Source: a virus
Virus record (IMG/VR): IMGVR_UViG_3300046003_007336
Coordinates: 96,001-160,000 of that record
DNA: 64,000 nucleotides
Reading direction: 5' to 3' (one strand)
Shown here: piece after piece, positions 9,160 to 20,700 of the stretch
How positions within the stretch are numbered: the first letter of the stretch is position 1
Layout: every line of letters starts with the position of its first letter
Translations under genes and position numbers: made by a program
Notes under the pieces: model-generated
What the model saw: the letters and a program-made list of their open reading frames with translations, nothing else
What the model was told of the DNA's origin: nothing
The model's database searches: none

Positions 9160-9708
9160 ATGCAACGTTATGCAATACTAGATTCTACGAACAATGTCAT
9201 GTCAGTGACTGTTTGGGACGGTAACTCTGTGTGGCAAACGCCCGTGGGAACGTCTGCGTTGATGATTCCAGAAAACTCACCCGTTAATGTGGGATGGAGA
9301 TACATCCCCACCTCGAACTCTTTTCTTCGGCCAGGACCCACCGACCCTTCCATGAGCATCCGCCGCATGGAAAAAATCGACTTCATGCGTCTGTTCACCA
9401 CCATGGAGATGGTCCGATACAAGATGCTCCGTATGGCCATCGACAACCTCACCCCGGCCGATTACACCGCTGCCATGCAGGGTGATCAGCAGAAAATGAT
9501 GCTCGTGCAGGCCGACGTCATGTTTGACCGCTTCGATCTCGCGTCCAGTCTGGAAATGGACCACGCGGAAACCATCATGGGCGTTCAGATGATGGCCATG
9601 GCTGGTATTTTTGGAAACGTTGCGTCTGGAGAAGTCACACAAGAGTACGTCGATCAACGCGTCGAACGCATCCTGGCCGGATTGGGCTCGGAAGAAATTC
9701 CGGCTTAA
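9160..9708 (+). CDS. Putative tail fibre assembly-like protein
   Basis: N-terminus RYAILD..NNV...VWDG...GW.Y resembles tail fibre assembly proteins; late promoter upstream. Confidence 0.55.
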   Translation: MQRYAILDSTNNVMSVTVWDGNSVWQTPVGTSALMIPENSPVNVGWRYIPTSNSFLRPGPTDPSMSIRRMEKIDFMRLFTTMEMVRYKMLRMAIDNLTPADYTAAMQGDQQKMMLVQADVMFDRFDLASSLEMDHAETIMGVQMMAMAGIFGNVASGEVTQEYVDQRVERILAGLGSEEIPA

Positions 9709-10328
9709 GGTGCCTCGTCGGGCCAATCCACGGCAGCCAGTATGGTCAGGGTGTCCAAAACCGTATTTGAACTAGAGGCATTCTTTATAGATATAGTTGC
9801 TCCACCGCCACCCGACCCGGCCGAAATTCCAGACCCCGCTACGTCCGCACTGATTGTGAGAGTATCGTTATTGGACACTGAAATGCTCATAGAACGAGAA
9901 ATTGCGGTCGAACTTCCGTTAGTGCTTCTCGTCCAAGTAATAGACCCCGCTTCGACCGCGTTTACTAAAGCGTAAACCGTCAAGGTTGTTGCCCCGTTTG
10001 TCGTGTTGACGTTGGCGTCGGTAGTGTCGATGGTGAGACTGATCGCGGTAGTGATACCAGTTATGGTCACAGTATTGCTGTCTTGAACCGCATACGTCGT
10101 TCCCGATACACTAACGTTGTTGATATTAAATGCCGTGGGGATGTAATCGGCCGCAGTTGTGCTATAGAACTGGCTCAACGAAATAGCCCCCGTGGTCGGA
10201 ACTCCGGTGTTGTTGGAAGTCGTATAAGACCCACCACGATAGTATTCAGAAAGCGAAATTGGGTTCGAGCCCCCAAACTCAGTTTGTAGGTTACTGAAAC
10301 TGATCGGCCCGGAACCCGTGATGGCCAT
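9705..10328 (-). CDS. Tail fibre-associated protein
   Basis: MAITGSGPISFSNLQTEFGG...ISLSQFY N-terminus, a type commonly found downstream of tail fibre genes. Confidence 0.7.
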   Translation of the reverse strand: MAITGSGPISFSNLQTEFGGSNPISLSEYYRGGSYTTSNNTGVPTTGAISLSQFYSTTAADYIPTAFNINNVSVSGTTYAVQDSNTVTITGITTAISLTIDTTDANVNTTNGATTLTVYALVNAVEAGSITWTRSTNGSSTAISRSMSISVSNNDTLTISADVAGSGISAGSGGGGATISIKNASSSNTVLDTLTILAAVDWPDEAP

Positions 10329-10669
10329 TAGAGACCAAACGCCTTGTTGAGGTTAACGGGTTTCTGCTGCATCTGGTATGCGGCTTCCATGCGGCTTTTT
10401 ACGCCGAGGGCTTGCTGCTCCAAGATGAGGTTGAAGGCTTCTTTATCGACCTTGCCGTTTTTGACCGGGACGTTGACGTTCTTGACGGCGTGTGGGTTCG
10501 GGTCATTATCGACCTCGCGCGTTTTCTTTACAGGCTCTTCGCCATCTTCGACGGTCTCCTCGTACTCCTCGGTGGTGATGAACTCGCCTGTGTAGTAGGG
10601 GTTCAAGAACTGCACCTGTACGGTGAGGCTTGCAGAATCTGCGCTGAGAATTTTGTGTTCAAGTTCCAT
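10328..10669 (-). CDS. Tail fibre-associated small protein
   Basis: TAAATA 5 nt before ATG; directly downstream of the fibre gene. Confidence 0.7.
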   Translation of the reverse strand: MELEHKILSADSASLTVQVQFLNPYYTGEFITTEEYEETVEDGEEPVKKTREVDNDPNPHAVKNVNVPVKNGKVDKEAFNLILEQQALGVKSRMEAAYQMQQKPVNLNKAFGL

Positions 10670-10677
10670 GTAGTTAT

Positions 10678-13600
10678 TTAGACTTTCTGTTCTAGCATCC
10701 CCAGGATGCGGTCGAGTTTGCTTTCCAGGTCAGCGATTTTGGCTTCCAGAGCAGCGTTCTTGGTCGTTAGTTCTTTGATGCCCGCTACCGCGAGGGGGAC
10801 GAGACGTTCGTATTTGACCGTCAGATACTTATCGTTGAACGGCGCGGGGCGAACCGCGTCGGGCATGATTTTCTGAATTTCCTGAGCGAGGAAACCGTGT
10901 TCATCTTCGTACTGGTAGGGGGTGAACCCGAGTTCATCGACTAGCTCTTTTCTCCAATCGAACACGTAACCACCGATCTGAGAAATCTTGCCCAGCGGGT
11001 CTTCGATCTCTCGGACGTTTTCTTTCAGGCGAGCATCCGAGGAATACGCCGTGATGTCGCCAGCCGCCGCCAGCGTGCCGCCCGAGGTCATGGTCAGAAT
11101 TGAAACGTCTAGATAGTTCCGCCACGCATAGTTGTCGGGGGAAGAGAAGAACGTGGTCGAGCCGGAAGAGAAATTGAAACGGTTGTAGCCATCGGTGGAT
11201 TTTTGCCACGCGCCGACCGGAATTCCGCCATTGAACCATAGAGGTTGCTGCGTTGTTCCATCGTACCACGTGAGATTGGTCGCGTTGACGTACAGGCCGA
11301 TGTTGGACGACCCACCACCATAAATCCTGGTAGCGGAACCGGTGCCACCCGCGTTTCCGTAGCCGATATACATGCCATCAGTAACAGCACCGGACGAGTT
11401 GCGGACGACACGTTGGTTCATGAAACCACTGCCATCGCGAACCGGGACAGTGCTTGCGGTATCGCTAGTGGTGCTGGAACTGTAGCCATCCAGGAGATCG
11501 GCGTCCAGACCTGAGCCCGCGCCGTCGTTTGTTGAATTCCAGATGGTCGCAACACCCCACATAAGAACGCCAGAGGCATTCATATGCAGGCGATTTACGT
11601 CTCGGCCAGACCAGTGGAACGCAATAGACGGGTCGTATGAACCAGAAGATTGGGCCACGCCAACCAGACCGACTTCTCGGATTTGCAAGCCAAAGTTGGT
11701 CCAGTCGTTGCCCGGAACGTCACTGCTAATGATCTGTGGTTTCGTGAACGTCGAGGCGGTGCCGAGCAGAGCAAACGATGTGGCGTGGTAACCATCCAGG
11801 AGGTCAGCGTCGAGGGTTGAACCCGAGCCGTCGTTACCGGCATGCCACGCCGTGTTGGCGTTGATGCGGACGGTGCCAGTGCCAGTAGTGGTGAGGTTGA
11901 TGTTTGAGTTTGTAACTTCGTTTGCTAGCGTTATGGTGCTACCGCTGTGTTGGATATATCCATTACGGCTGCTGTTTGCAGTATTATACCAGCTATAGTA
12001 AGCTGCATCGTTTGCGATACGGACACCTTCGCCACCGCCCAGCGCAACGGTCACACGAGACGAGAACGTCTTGCCCGCCATCGTTGTCGGCAGATAAGAA
12101 TCGCTCAGCGTACCGGCGTTGATATTCGTTGCGGAACGGTAGTAGGTTCCTTCCTGACCATCCAGGAGGTCGGCATCCAAGCCCGTGCCCGTGCCGTCAT
12201 TGCTGGAGTTCCAGTGATAGGCGGCAGCCCGAGTGACGTTGACCGTATCGAACGCAGTGGCGAAGGAAATTGCCCAGCCGCCATCCCATCCGCTAGTATA
12301 CCCGCTGTACCCCATGTTGAATTCGGTGATGAAGACTTGCGGATAGGCCCAGACTTGACCAACTTCGCCAATCCAGATACAGTTCTTCGTACCGTCATTG
12401 CCGAACCGGACGCTCTTCTTGACGGTCCCAGAATCCGTATATTGCTCAGCGGAGACGTTCGCCCAGGTTGCGCTGTAGGGATAGCCGGAGATGACGAACG
12501 TCTCGGCGGTTCCGGTTGAATAGTTGTAGACTTCAACCCGCATCCGCAACATTGCGTTCGAGTGCAAGTTGGGAAGCCTGATCTTGATCGCGCCGGTGAC
12601 AGAAGAAGTACCAGTTGTATATGCACCCCCACCTGGGCTAACGTATCGGCTTGAGTAGGTCGCCCCGGCCGGAATGCCATAATCAGCCAATCCGTTTGTG
12701 GATTTGATGATGTTGCTAGCGACAATCTCCCCGTTACCACGAACGGTGAGAAGAGCCGCCGATGACGAGTTTCTCAAAAGCATCGAGTAGTCGGATGAGT
12801 TTGTTCCGGCGTCAACCAAAACACCATAGCTCTGGCTTGATGTGGTTCCGCCTTTCACTACGGCAGCCCAATCAGCCGTTCCGGCAGTCTGAACCACTGT
12901 GAGTTTTGCAGAAGTAACGCCAGCCATTTGTGAAGCCGTATTGATAAGCACGGCGCCAGCAGCATCAACTCGCATTCGTTCCGTCATCGTAATGGCGGTG
13001 TCAACCGTCACTGCTTGAGCACTAGCGGTGAAGAAACGAATATCCCCAGCGACGTCGATGATCGACCTACCAAGCGTTCCGCTATACGAGGATACAAATC
13101 CTGTGGATGATGTAGATGTCTTAACGCCATATCCTAGTTGCAGACCGATGGACGAATACCCGACACCAACCAGAGCAACGCTTTCTGTGGCAGACTGCCT
13201 CTGCCCCATCATTACATAGCCGTTGCCACTACCCGCCAGGATTTGGGTGCCCGAAGTATTGACATACTGTTGGCCGGTGAACGTGTTGCCCCCCGTGGTG
13301 GCGTAGTAGGAACCCTGCTGACCGTCCAGGAGATCGGCGTCGAGCCCGGAGCCCGAACCATCGTTACCGGCATGCCAGATCGTGGACGAGTTGATGCGCA
13401 ATGCCCCACCGCCAGTCGTGTATAGCTCGATGTTTCCGGCCGACCGCTCATTGTAGATGTGGAAATGCGGAGAAGACGAGCCGCCATATCCGACGTATCC
13501 GCTTCTCGTAGATTGAGCGGCAGCATCGGAATAGTATGCCAGCCACGTCCCCGTAGCTGACCCGCTCTTCAACAACAAACCTTGAGCGGAGTTGGCCGCC

Positions 13601-16600
13601 GCCATGGTGGTGGTGCCGATGGTATCGCCGGATTTCAGAGCGAACGCCGACGCGTGGTTACCGTCCAGGAGATCGGCGTCGAGGCCGGAGCCCGAGCCAT
13701 CGTTGCCATTGTCCCATACAATTCTCCACGCCTGCCAAGAGTTCGAGTTTTTTCCTCGAAGGGCGATTTGACCAGTGCGGTAGTCGCCGAATATTTGGTG
13801 CTGCCATGTGCTGTCGTAAACCTGACTGTAGAGCGCACCATCGGTTTGGCCGAGAAGCGACATGCTACCGACATAGCTGATACCGTTCTTTGCCAGAGTG
13901 TCGGCAGCGACGCCGCCACCGGAGTTGGTATTGGAGAAATCACCGGCATGGACGACCTTGTTACCATTGACCTGGAGGGCAGTAGAGAGGTCGAAGTTGG
14001 CCGTCGTGGCTTGAACACCCGACCGAGAAATTATCAATGCGCTCTGGGACGAAGCCCAGGCATCATTGATGAGTAGAAGATGAAGTTGATCTCCGTTTTG
14101 GGCAAGGGCGGAATATCTATTGTTGGCCGTCCCATCAGAATCATACATCGAGTAATACGGGTAGGCTGAGTTTGACGCCACTCCACCCGTAAACGTGACG
14201 TTTCCTGAAATCGTGCCGCCCGCTGTCGGAGAGAAAGCGTCCGTGATTCCGTAACCGGCCAGCGTCGTCGGGTTGGTTCCCGCAGTCACAATACCCTGTG
14301 CGTTGACGGTCACGCTCCGATAGGTCGAGGCAGTGACGCCAGACGTCGGGAGGTCACCGTTCGCAATAGCAGAAGCCGACCACGTGTCCGTGCCGGTGCG
14401 ACGGACGAAGCCGGTCGTGGCGAGACCTTCGACCGCAGCGAGATCATTCGCGAGAACGAGAGTCGGGTTGCCCGACACACCATCGCCGTTCGAGACGGTG
14501 ATGCCCGCAGCGGGCGCGGTCAGCGTCCGTGAAGCATAGGTGCTCGCACCCGTGCGATGAATGGCCCCATTGGTCGCAAGGTTGTGCAGTGCCAGAGCCT
14601 GACCGGTGAGTTGGAAATCGATTCCCGACTTCGTGATGCCGGTCGAGGCCGTGAATGTGGCCGAGCCACTGAACTGCACCCAGGTGACTGCGGTGGTTTC
14701 GAGCGTTCCTCCGGCATTGACCGTACAGGTCCAGCCCGTGTCTCCTTGGGTCGTTCCTTCTTCGACAAACACATATGCGGATACGAGTTCAGCCCAGGTG
14801 CTCGCGTCAACAGCACGAGCCCAAGCTCCAGCGGCGCAAACATAGATGCCGTTCTGAAGAGTAGATGTTTGGTTCTTGACCAGAACACGATCATTCGCGA
14901 TGACGGCGACGCCATCGATTGTTTGCGTGCCCGACAGAGTGATGTTTGCCGTCGTGGCGACGTGGACGGCGGCCTTCGCGGATAGTCCTTGAATGGAGTT
15001 ATCGACGTATTGCTTGGTCGCGGCCTGGAGGGCACTGGACGGGTCGGACGCCAGGGTGACGCTTCCAGTAAAGGTTACAGCACCAGCGGAAGAAATCGTC
15101 ATCCGACGAGTGAGATTTGTATCAAATCCCAATGCAGCGGAAACGGCGGTTCGAACGACAAATTCCGAGTTTGTGTTGTCGTAGTAAATCGTTGATCTGG
15201 ATGAGTTGTTATTGTAGAAATCAAGGGAGGTATACTGCTCACCTCCGTTATCGACACGAATCGAGTTTGCGTTGCTTCCCTTCACATGGAACTTAGCACC
15301 AGGGGTCGCAATATTAACGCCAACATCACCAGCGTAAGTGATGCTCATTCGGGCATCGGCCAGCGTCGCGGCGGTGTTGTCAGCACCACCGTTGTTGAGG
15401 ATGTGAATCGTACCACGAGCCGCACCATCGCCGATTTGAGCTTGAACGATGGCACTCTTCTGGAATGCGCGGCTGGCCTCGGTGTAGCCGAGGCCGATAC
15501 CGGCAAAGTTCCCCGCCGTGATGTTGAGACCCTGGCTGCCGAACACGGCGAATTGCCCCGTCGTCAAATGGGTGTGCAGTTTAGCCACGGGGGCCGTCGT
15601 GCCAATGCCAACGCTGCCATCGGTCTTGACCCGGACCTTTTCTGACCCGTTAGCCCACAGAGCCAGATCGCTTGATGCTTGGCCGCCAATGAGAGCTAGG
15701 TTGGTATCCCAGGATATGATGCCGTTATTCGCCGATGCACCCCAACGCTGAACGCCGTCTCCAGTGATGGTGATACGGCTGTTCAGGTTTACAGTTGTGT
15801 CACTGCCGGTGCCGCCGTCCACGATGTGGAGCTTGGCTGACGGAGAGACGCCTATGCCGACGTTACCTCCAAAGAAGTTCCTTGCCGCCGTGTCCTCTTG
15901 ATAGAGCCCATACGCTAGGTTGGTCTGCGTACCACCCGTGACATCACCGATGTAAACGCCATAGGTATTCGTGATGATACCAGAGTTGAAAAGCAGGTCT
16001 ACTTTCGCTCCGTAAGCGTTGGTTATTACGCCCGCCGCGTTCAAGTTTTGTATCTCGAACTTCCCAGCGATAGCATTTGTGTTGGTCCCAGCCGTCGTAT
16101 GATAGACAAGGAACCGACCGCCATGCATATTGCTGACCGTCTTAGTGGTCGTTGCGCCGCCCTGGGCCGCGAAATACCCTCCTGTAAAGGTTCCGGTGTA
16201 GTTGAACGCACTGCCGTTCGGGGCAGCTACGAACGAGCCGCCGATAGCTGACTGCGAATTATTTGCCGTGAGTACGACGTTTCGCTGGAAATTCCCTCCG
16301 ACTACCGTGGCGGTAGGGTCAGTAGCGTTGGCGTTTGCCGTGAGAAGAATGTTCGCGTCTACCGCTGTTCCGCCGATGGCGACGTTCCCTGCGAGTTGGG
16401 TAGTCCCGGCGTTCCAAAGCCCGTACCGGTTGGTTATGGTCGTGTTGGTTCCGGCGGTTGCGGAACCTGCGATGTAAACGGTAGCTGCGTTTGTGACCGT
16501 TATGGCGTTTGTTGACGCGAGCGTCGTAGTCCCGAAAGAGTGCCCGGCGCGAGTCGCCACCGTTCCTGCCGCCGCTGTTGTGGTGTCGGTGTAGGTGCTG

Positions 16601-17763
16601 GCGTCTACCGCGAGGCCTAGTCCGGTAGTTGTCCAAGCGGCTGCGGACCTCGCTCCCGAGATGTTGAGCAAGGCTAGAGGCGTGGCTGTACCGATGCCGA
16701 CGTTACCGGTGTCCGTGAACCTAGCGACTTCGACGTTGTTCTTGACGGAGACGATTACATCAGCAGTGCGAGAAATATCGCCATCACCGGCTCGAAGATT
16801 GAGGTCTGAGCCGCCGATTGAATTGAAGTAGATCGAATAGCCCACACTTGACGAGTCGCCGATCTGAAGGGCAGCATACGGGAGGTTGACCGTTGACGCC
16901 GTGCTGGTCGGCAAGCTAAAGAGCGTGGTGGTATTGCTCATGAAGCGGAGACCACGGCCAGATGCAGCTTTCAGGACGCTAAAGCCCGAGCCGTCCGCGT
17001 GGGGCATTGTCACATAACCAAGCGTGTCAACGCCGAAGACTTGTTCTCGACCTACGTTTACCGCAAATTTCTGAGCGGGAGTTCCCCCGATACCGACGTC
17101 TCCGGTTGCGGTGATGCGCATGCGCTCCGCGCCGGTTCCGCTCGAAGAGGTTCGGAACGACAGCGCAGTGGAGCCACCGTTGGACCGCGCCGACATCGTG
17201 AAATCGCCACCAGAGGAGTCCATGGACAGAACGCCAGCGATGGTGGCTGGCTCGGCATAGGTTCCGCCAGTCGTGAATAGCACGTTGCCAGTGAAGGTCG
17301 GCGCCGCAGATGCTGATTTTGCGTCCAGTGCAGTCTGAAGTCCGGTAACGGTAGAGATGGCCTGAACGCCAGTGTGGTTGACCCGAGCCAGCAGAGTGGC
17401 GTCGGAGGAGTTGGCGGTCGCGCCGGTTGCGATGCCATTGAGCTTGGTCTTGTCAGCAGCCGAGAGGAAACCATCAACCGACGTGGTTGCCGCAGCGTGG
17501 ACGTGTGACGAGACCGAATACGACCCCGCCGCCTGTTTGCCGTCCAGCGCGGCCTGAAGACCAGTGACCGTTGATATCGCTTGCTCGCCAGTGTGGTTGG
17601 CGCGAGCCAGAAGAGTGGCGTTAGACGAGTTGGCGGTCGCGCCAGCCGCAATACCGTCGAGCTTCGTTTTGTCGGCCGCCGAAAGGAAACCGTCAGTCGA
17701 AGTGGTGGCGACGACCAGGGTGCTGGTTAGGCCAGTGACGTCGGTAATATTGATCTTCTGCAT
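10678..17763 (-). CDS. Long tail fibre (2361 aa) with C-terminal intramolecular chaperone (peptidase S74-type)
   Basis: GNVGIGT repeats, five NDGxGSxLDADLLDG linkers, C-terminal SSDARLKEN...GFLAQE...V.YERLVPLAVAGIKEL coiled coil. Confidence 0.9.
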   Translation of the reverse strand: MQKINITDVTGLTSTLVVATTSTDGFLSAADKTKLDGIAAGATANSSNATLLARANHTGEQAISTVTGLQAALDGKQAAGSYSVSSHVHAAATTSVDGFLSAADKTKLNGIATGATANSSDATLLARVNHTGVQAISTVTGLQTALDAKSASAAPTFTGNVLFTTGGTYAEPATIAGVLSMDSSGGDFTMSARSNGGSTALSFRTSSSGTGAERMRITATGDVGIGGTPAQKFAVNVGREQVFGVDTLGYVTMPHADGSGFSVLKAASGRGLRFMSNTTTLFSLPTSTASTVNLPYAALQIGDSSSVGYSIYFNSIGGSDLNLRAGDGDISRTADVIVSVKNNVEVARFTDTGNVGIGTATPLALLNISGARSAAAWTTTGLGLAVDASTYTDTTTAAAGTVATRAGHSFGTTTLASTNAITVTNAATVYIAGSATAGTNTTITNRYGLWNAGTTQLAGNVAIGGTAVDANILLTANANATDPTATVVGGNFQRNVVLTANNSQSAIGGSFVAAPNGSAFNYTGTFTGGYFAAQGGATTTKTVSNMHGGRFLVYHTTAGTNTNAIAGKFEIQNLNAAGVITNAYGAKVDLLFNSGIITNTYGVYIGDVTGGTQTNLAYGLYQEDTAARNFFGGNVGIGVSPSAKLHIVDGGTGSDTTVNLNSRITITGDGVQRWGASANNGIISWDTNLALIGGQASSDLALWANGSEKVRVKTDGSVGIGTTAPVAKLHTHLTTGQFAVFGSQGLNITAGNFAGIGLGYTEASRAFQKSAIVQAQIGDGAARGTIHILNNGGADNTAATLADARMSITYAGDVGVNIATPGAKFHVKGSNANSIRVDNGGEQYTSLDFYNNNSSRSTIYYDNTNSEFVVRTAVSAALGFDTNLTRRMTISSAGAVTFTGSVTLASDPSSALQAATKQYVDNSIQGLSAKAAVHVATTANITLSGTQTIDGVAVIANDRVLVKNQTSTLQNGIYVCAAGAWARAVDASTWAELVSAYVFVEEGTTQGDTGWTCTVNAGGTLETTAVTWVQFSGSATFTASTGITKSGIDFQLTGQALALHNLATNGAIHRTGASTYASRTLTAPAAGITVSNGDGVSGNPTLVLANDLAAVEGLATTGFVRRTGTDTWSASAIANGDLPTSGVTASTYRSVTVNAQGIVTAGTNPTTLAGYGITDAFSPTAGGTISGNVTFTGGVASNSAYPYYSMYDSDGTANNRYSALAQNGDQLHLLLINDAWASSQSALIISRSGVQATTANFDLSTALQVNGNKVVHAGDFSNTNSGGGVAADTLAKNGISYVGSMSLLGQTDGALYSQVYDSTWQHQIFGDYRTGQIALRGKNSNSWQAWRIVWDNGNDGSGSGLDADLLDGNHASAFALKSGDTIGTTTMAAANSAQGLLLKSGSATGTWLAYYSDAAAQSTRSGYVGYGGSSSPHFHIYNERSAGNIELYTTGGGALRINSSTIWHAGNDGSGSGLDADLLDGQQGSYYATTGGNTFTGQQYVNTSGTQILAGSGNGYVMMGQRQSATESVALVGVGYSSIGLQLGYGVKTSTSSTGFVSSYSGTLGRSIIDVAGDIRFFTASAQAVTVDTAITMTERMRVDAAGAVLINTASQMAGVTSAKLTVVQTAGTADWAAVVKGGTTSSQSYGVLVDAGTNSSDYSMLLRNSSSAALLTVRGNGEIVASNIIKSTNGLADYGIPAGATYSSRYVSPGGGAYTTGTSSVTGAIKIRLPNLHSNAMLRMRVEVYNYSTGTAETFVISGYPYSATWANVSAEQYTDSGTVKKSVRFGNDGTKNCIWIGEVGQVWAYPQVFITEFNMGYSGYTSGWDGGWAISFATAFDTVNVTRAAAYHWNSSNDGTGTGLDADLLDGQEGTYYRSATNINAGTLSDSYLPTTMAGKTFSSRVTVALGGGEGVRIANDAAYYSWYNTANSSRNGYIQHSGSTITLANEVTNSNINLTTTGTGTVRINANTAWHAGNDGSGSTLDADLLDGYHATSFALLGTASTFTKPQIISSDVPGNDWTNFGLQIREVGLVGVAQSSGSYDPSIAFHWSGRDVNRLHMNASGVLMWGVATIWNSTNDGAGSGLDADLLDGYSSSTTSDTASTVPVRDGSGFMNQRVVRNSSGAVTDGMYIGYGNAGGTGSATRIYGGGSSNIGLYVNATNLTWYDGTTQQPLWFNGGIPVGAWQKSTDGYNRFNFSSGSTTFFSSPDNYAWRNYLDVSILTMTSGGTLAAAGDITAYSSDARLKENVREIEDPLGKISQIGGYVFDWRKELVDELGFTPYQYEDEHGFLAQEIQKIMPDAVRPAPFNDKYLTVKYERLVPLAVAGIKELTTKNAALEAKIADLESKLDRILGMLEQKV
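17340..17700 (-). repeat. Duplicated ~57-aa module at the fibre N-terminus
   Basis: DGFLSAADKTKL(D/N)GIA.GATANSS.ATLLAR.NHTG.QAISTVTGLQ.ALD occurs twice; boundaries approximate. Confidence 0.85.
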
Positions 17764-17768
17764 AGGAC

Positions 17769-17774
17769 TATTTA
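17769..17774 (-). promoter_or_regulatory. Late promoter core TAAATA (leaderless type)
   Basis: TAAATA-gtcct-ATG 17763. Confidence 0.7.
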
Positions 17775-17792
17775 TGGCGCGAGGCCAAGGAG

Positions 17793-20700
17793 TTAGTCGC
17801 GGAGCAAGAAGGCAATATCAGCGAGCGTCGAATCTACGCTGACTGGTGCATGGATGGTGATTAGGTCACCGGCAGCAACGCTCGTGCTGGAATACGCCAC
17901 GGTCCCCGTCGTTCCTGCTGCTGAGAACGTGATAGTTCCGACCTGTGAATTGTTTTTCTTGATCACAAACACGGTAGAGGCAGTTGCCGCAACCAGAGAG
18001 CGGGCCGACGAGTTGGCCGCCGAGAACGTGAACGTGTAGGGGGCGATTTGACCATCCACGACCTGGGACGTGGTCGGCTTGCCGGAATGGAACGACGACA
18101 GCAGGACGTCTTCGATCAAGGCGTAGTTGCCCAGAAGACGAGCCGAGACGACGTCTCCGTTGAGCGGCGTGGTCACCATGGTGAGGTTTTCGCCCGACAC
18201 CGTGTAGTCAGTCGTGGGTCGCTGAACGATGCCGTTCACGGTTACGATGATGAGGTCGGCTGTGGTTCCGGTGGCATCGAGATCGAAGACGCTTACGATG
18301 CCATCTGCGGTGAATGTTTTGGTGAATGGGGTCCCGAGACCAACATCGACGTTACCAGCACCATCGGGTGCCAGCCCGTTGATGGTCTGGATACGGAGAC
18401 CGAGTTCGGTCGTGAGGCTTGAGACATCCGAGATGCCAATCGATAGAGCGGTCTTGAGCGAACCAGCCGAGATGGCGCCCTGGAGACCAGCGACGCTAAC
18501 GACCTGATCGGTGTTGTCGATTTTTTCCCAGACCGTGCCATTGCTGACAATCCAGTCGCCGATCTTCCAATCCGTGATGCCATCCTTGGCAGTCGAACCA
18601 GCGGTACTGACGACGTAATAGTTGCCTTTGTTTCCTGTCGCCGCTGCGGGGATTGTCGGAGAATCGGTGGTGGCATTCCACGTGCCCTGATAGCGCATTG
18701 CACCCAGAACCGTATCGGGCAGATAGGCGGTCGAAATTTTTGCATCGCCACCGAGCGGCGCGTAGCCGTTGGCCTGACCTTTTTCTGACGAAAGCTGTGC
18801 ATCCGAGATGTTGTATCCGGCCAGCGTTGTGGGCTTGCCGGTGATGGAAGCGAAGGACGGCGTGATCGTGACTGTACCAGCGGCGGTAATCTGCCCCTTG
18901 GCGTTGACGGTGAAGGTCGGAGCAGCGGTAGCGGACCCGAAAGAACCCACGTTCGAGTTGACAGTGGCCAGGGTCGTGGCGCCGCTGCCAGCAGACGTCG
19001 TGATGTCACCAGACAGCGCGGGCAGTCGAGCGGTCGAAAGCGTTCCGGTGGCGTTGGTGAGATCGAGGTAGTAGGCACCATGCTGGCCATCCAGGAGATC
19101 GGCATCGAGCGTTGAGCCCGTTCCGTCGTTGCCTGCGTGCCACATCGTGTTCACGCCTACGAACGGAACTACCGCAAACGTGACCTGTCCGGTCGCCCGC
19201 GAAATCGACATCGTGTTGAATGTTTGAGTCCCGGCGTCATTGTAGGCGAGTAGGTTGAAGGTGGAACCGGCCGACGAGCCACTTTCTGCTCCGGCATCAA
19301 CTGTCATGTTCCATCGGCGAGTTCCGCTGGTCTGCCATTCGATGGCGCGATGCTGACCAGCAGGCGCGGTCAGATTGAGGACGGCTCGACCCGAGGTAGA
19401 GATCGTCAGCGCATCCGTGAGGGTGCCGCCAGACAGCGGAAGGGCATCAGTGATGCCGTATCCCGTCAGCGTGGTGGGCTTGCTCGTGATCGAAGACCAC
19501 GCAGGCGTGATGGTCGTCGCCGAGGCAGCAGTGATGAGACCCTTGGCGTTGACGGTGAAGGTGGCGGTCTGAGTGGCAGAGCCAAACGAGCCCACATTGG
19601 AGTTCACGGTCGCGAGGGTGATGGCCGTCGCGCCAGCGACAGTAGACGCATCACCGCTGAAGGCGGGCATGCGAGCAGCCGCAACGGTGCCGGTCAGGTT
19701 TGCGGCAGCGAGATAATAGGGCCCATCCTGGCCATCTAGGAGGTCAGCATCGAGACCGGAGGTCGCGCCGTCCACGGTGATGAGTTTGGCGAGCACGTCG
19801 GCAGCCGTGTAGGTCGATACCGAGACCGCGTCTGTGATGCCGTATCCCGATAGAGTGGTGGGCTTGCTCGTGATGGAAGACCACGCCGGGGTGATCGTGA
19901 CCGAGCCCGCTGCGGTGATGAGACCCTTGGCATTGACGGTGAAGGTCGAAGCAGCGGTAGCGGAGCCGAACGAACCAGTGTTGGCGTTCACTGTCGCGAG
20001 AGTGGTTGCGACTGTTCCGACCGTAGTCGTGATGTCGCCAGTCAGGGCGGGTAGACGGGCCGCCGCCAGGGTTCCGGTGACGTTGGTTAGATCGAGATAG
20101 TAGGTCCCGTTTTGGTTATCGAGAAGATCGGCATTTAGGCCAGAGCCGGGACCATCATTATTGGCGTGCCAAAGGCCCGCACCACCCACCGTTGGCGTAT
20201 TGGCGAAGTTTACGATCTCCGCGTTGCTGATATCCATCACGATGCTCTGCGTCGCGAATGTCACCGGGTTAGCGGTGTTGTGGCGGATATAGAACGAGCC
20301 ACTGTTGAGGTTTATCGTCCAACCACCAATGGGAGCAGTTTGGTCATTCTCGATAAACTTGATTCCAGGAACCACACCAGTGATGGTCTGAATTTCAGTG
20401 AAAATGTTGGCTACGCCCAAACCCGCCGAGTCGGTTATGCCGTATCCAGACAGCGTGGTGGGTTTGCTCGTGATCGATGACCACGCCGGAGTGATCGTGA
20501 CTGTGCCAGCGGCAGTGATGAGTCCTTTGGCATTGACCGTGAAAGTAGGCGCGGCAGTAGCGGAGCCGAAGGAACCCACATTGGAGTTGACGGTCGCGAG
20601 AGTGGTGGCCGCGCTTCCTGCGGACGTCGTGATGTCGCCAGTCAGGGCAGGCAGGCGGGCAGCCGCAAGGTTCCCGGTCAAGTTCCCGGCGTCGTTGAAG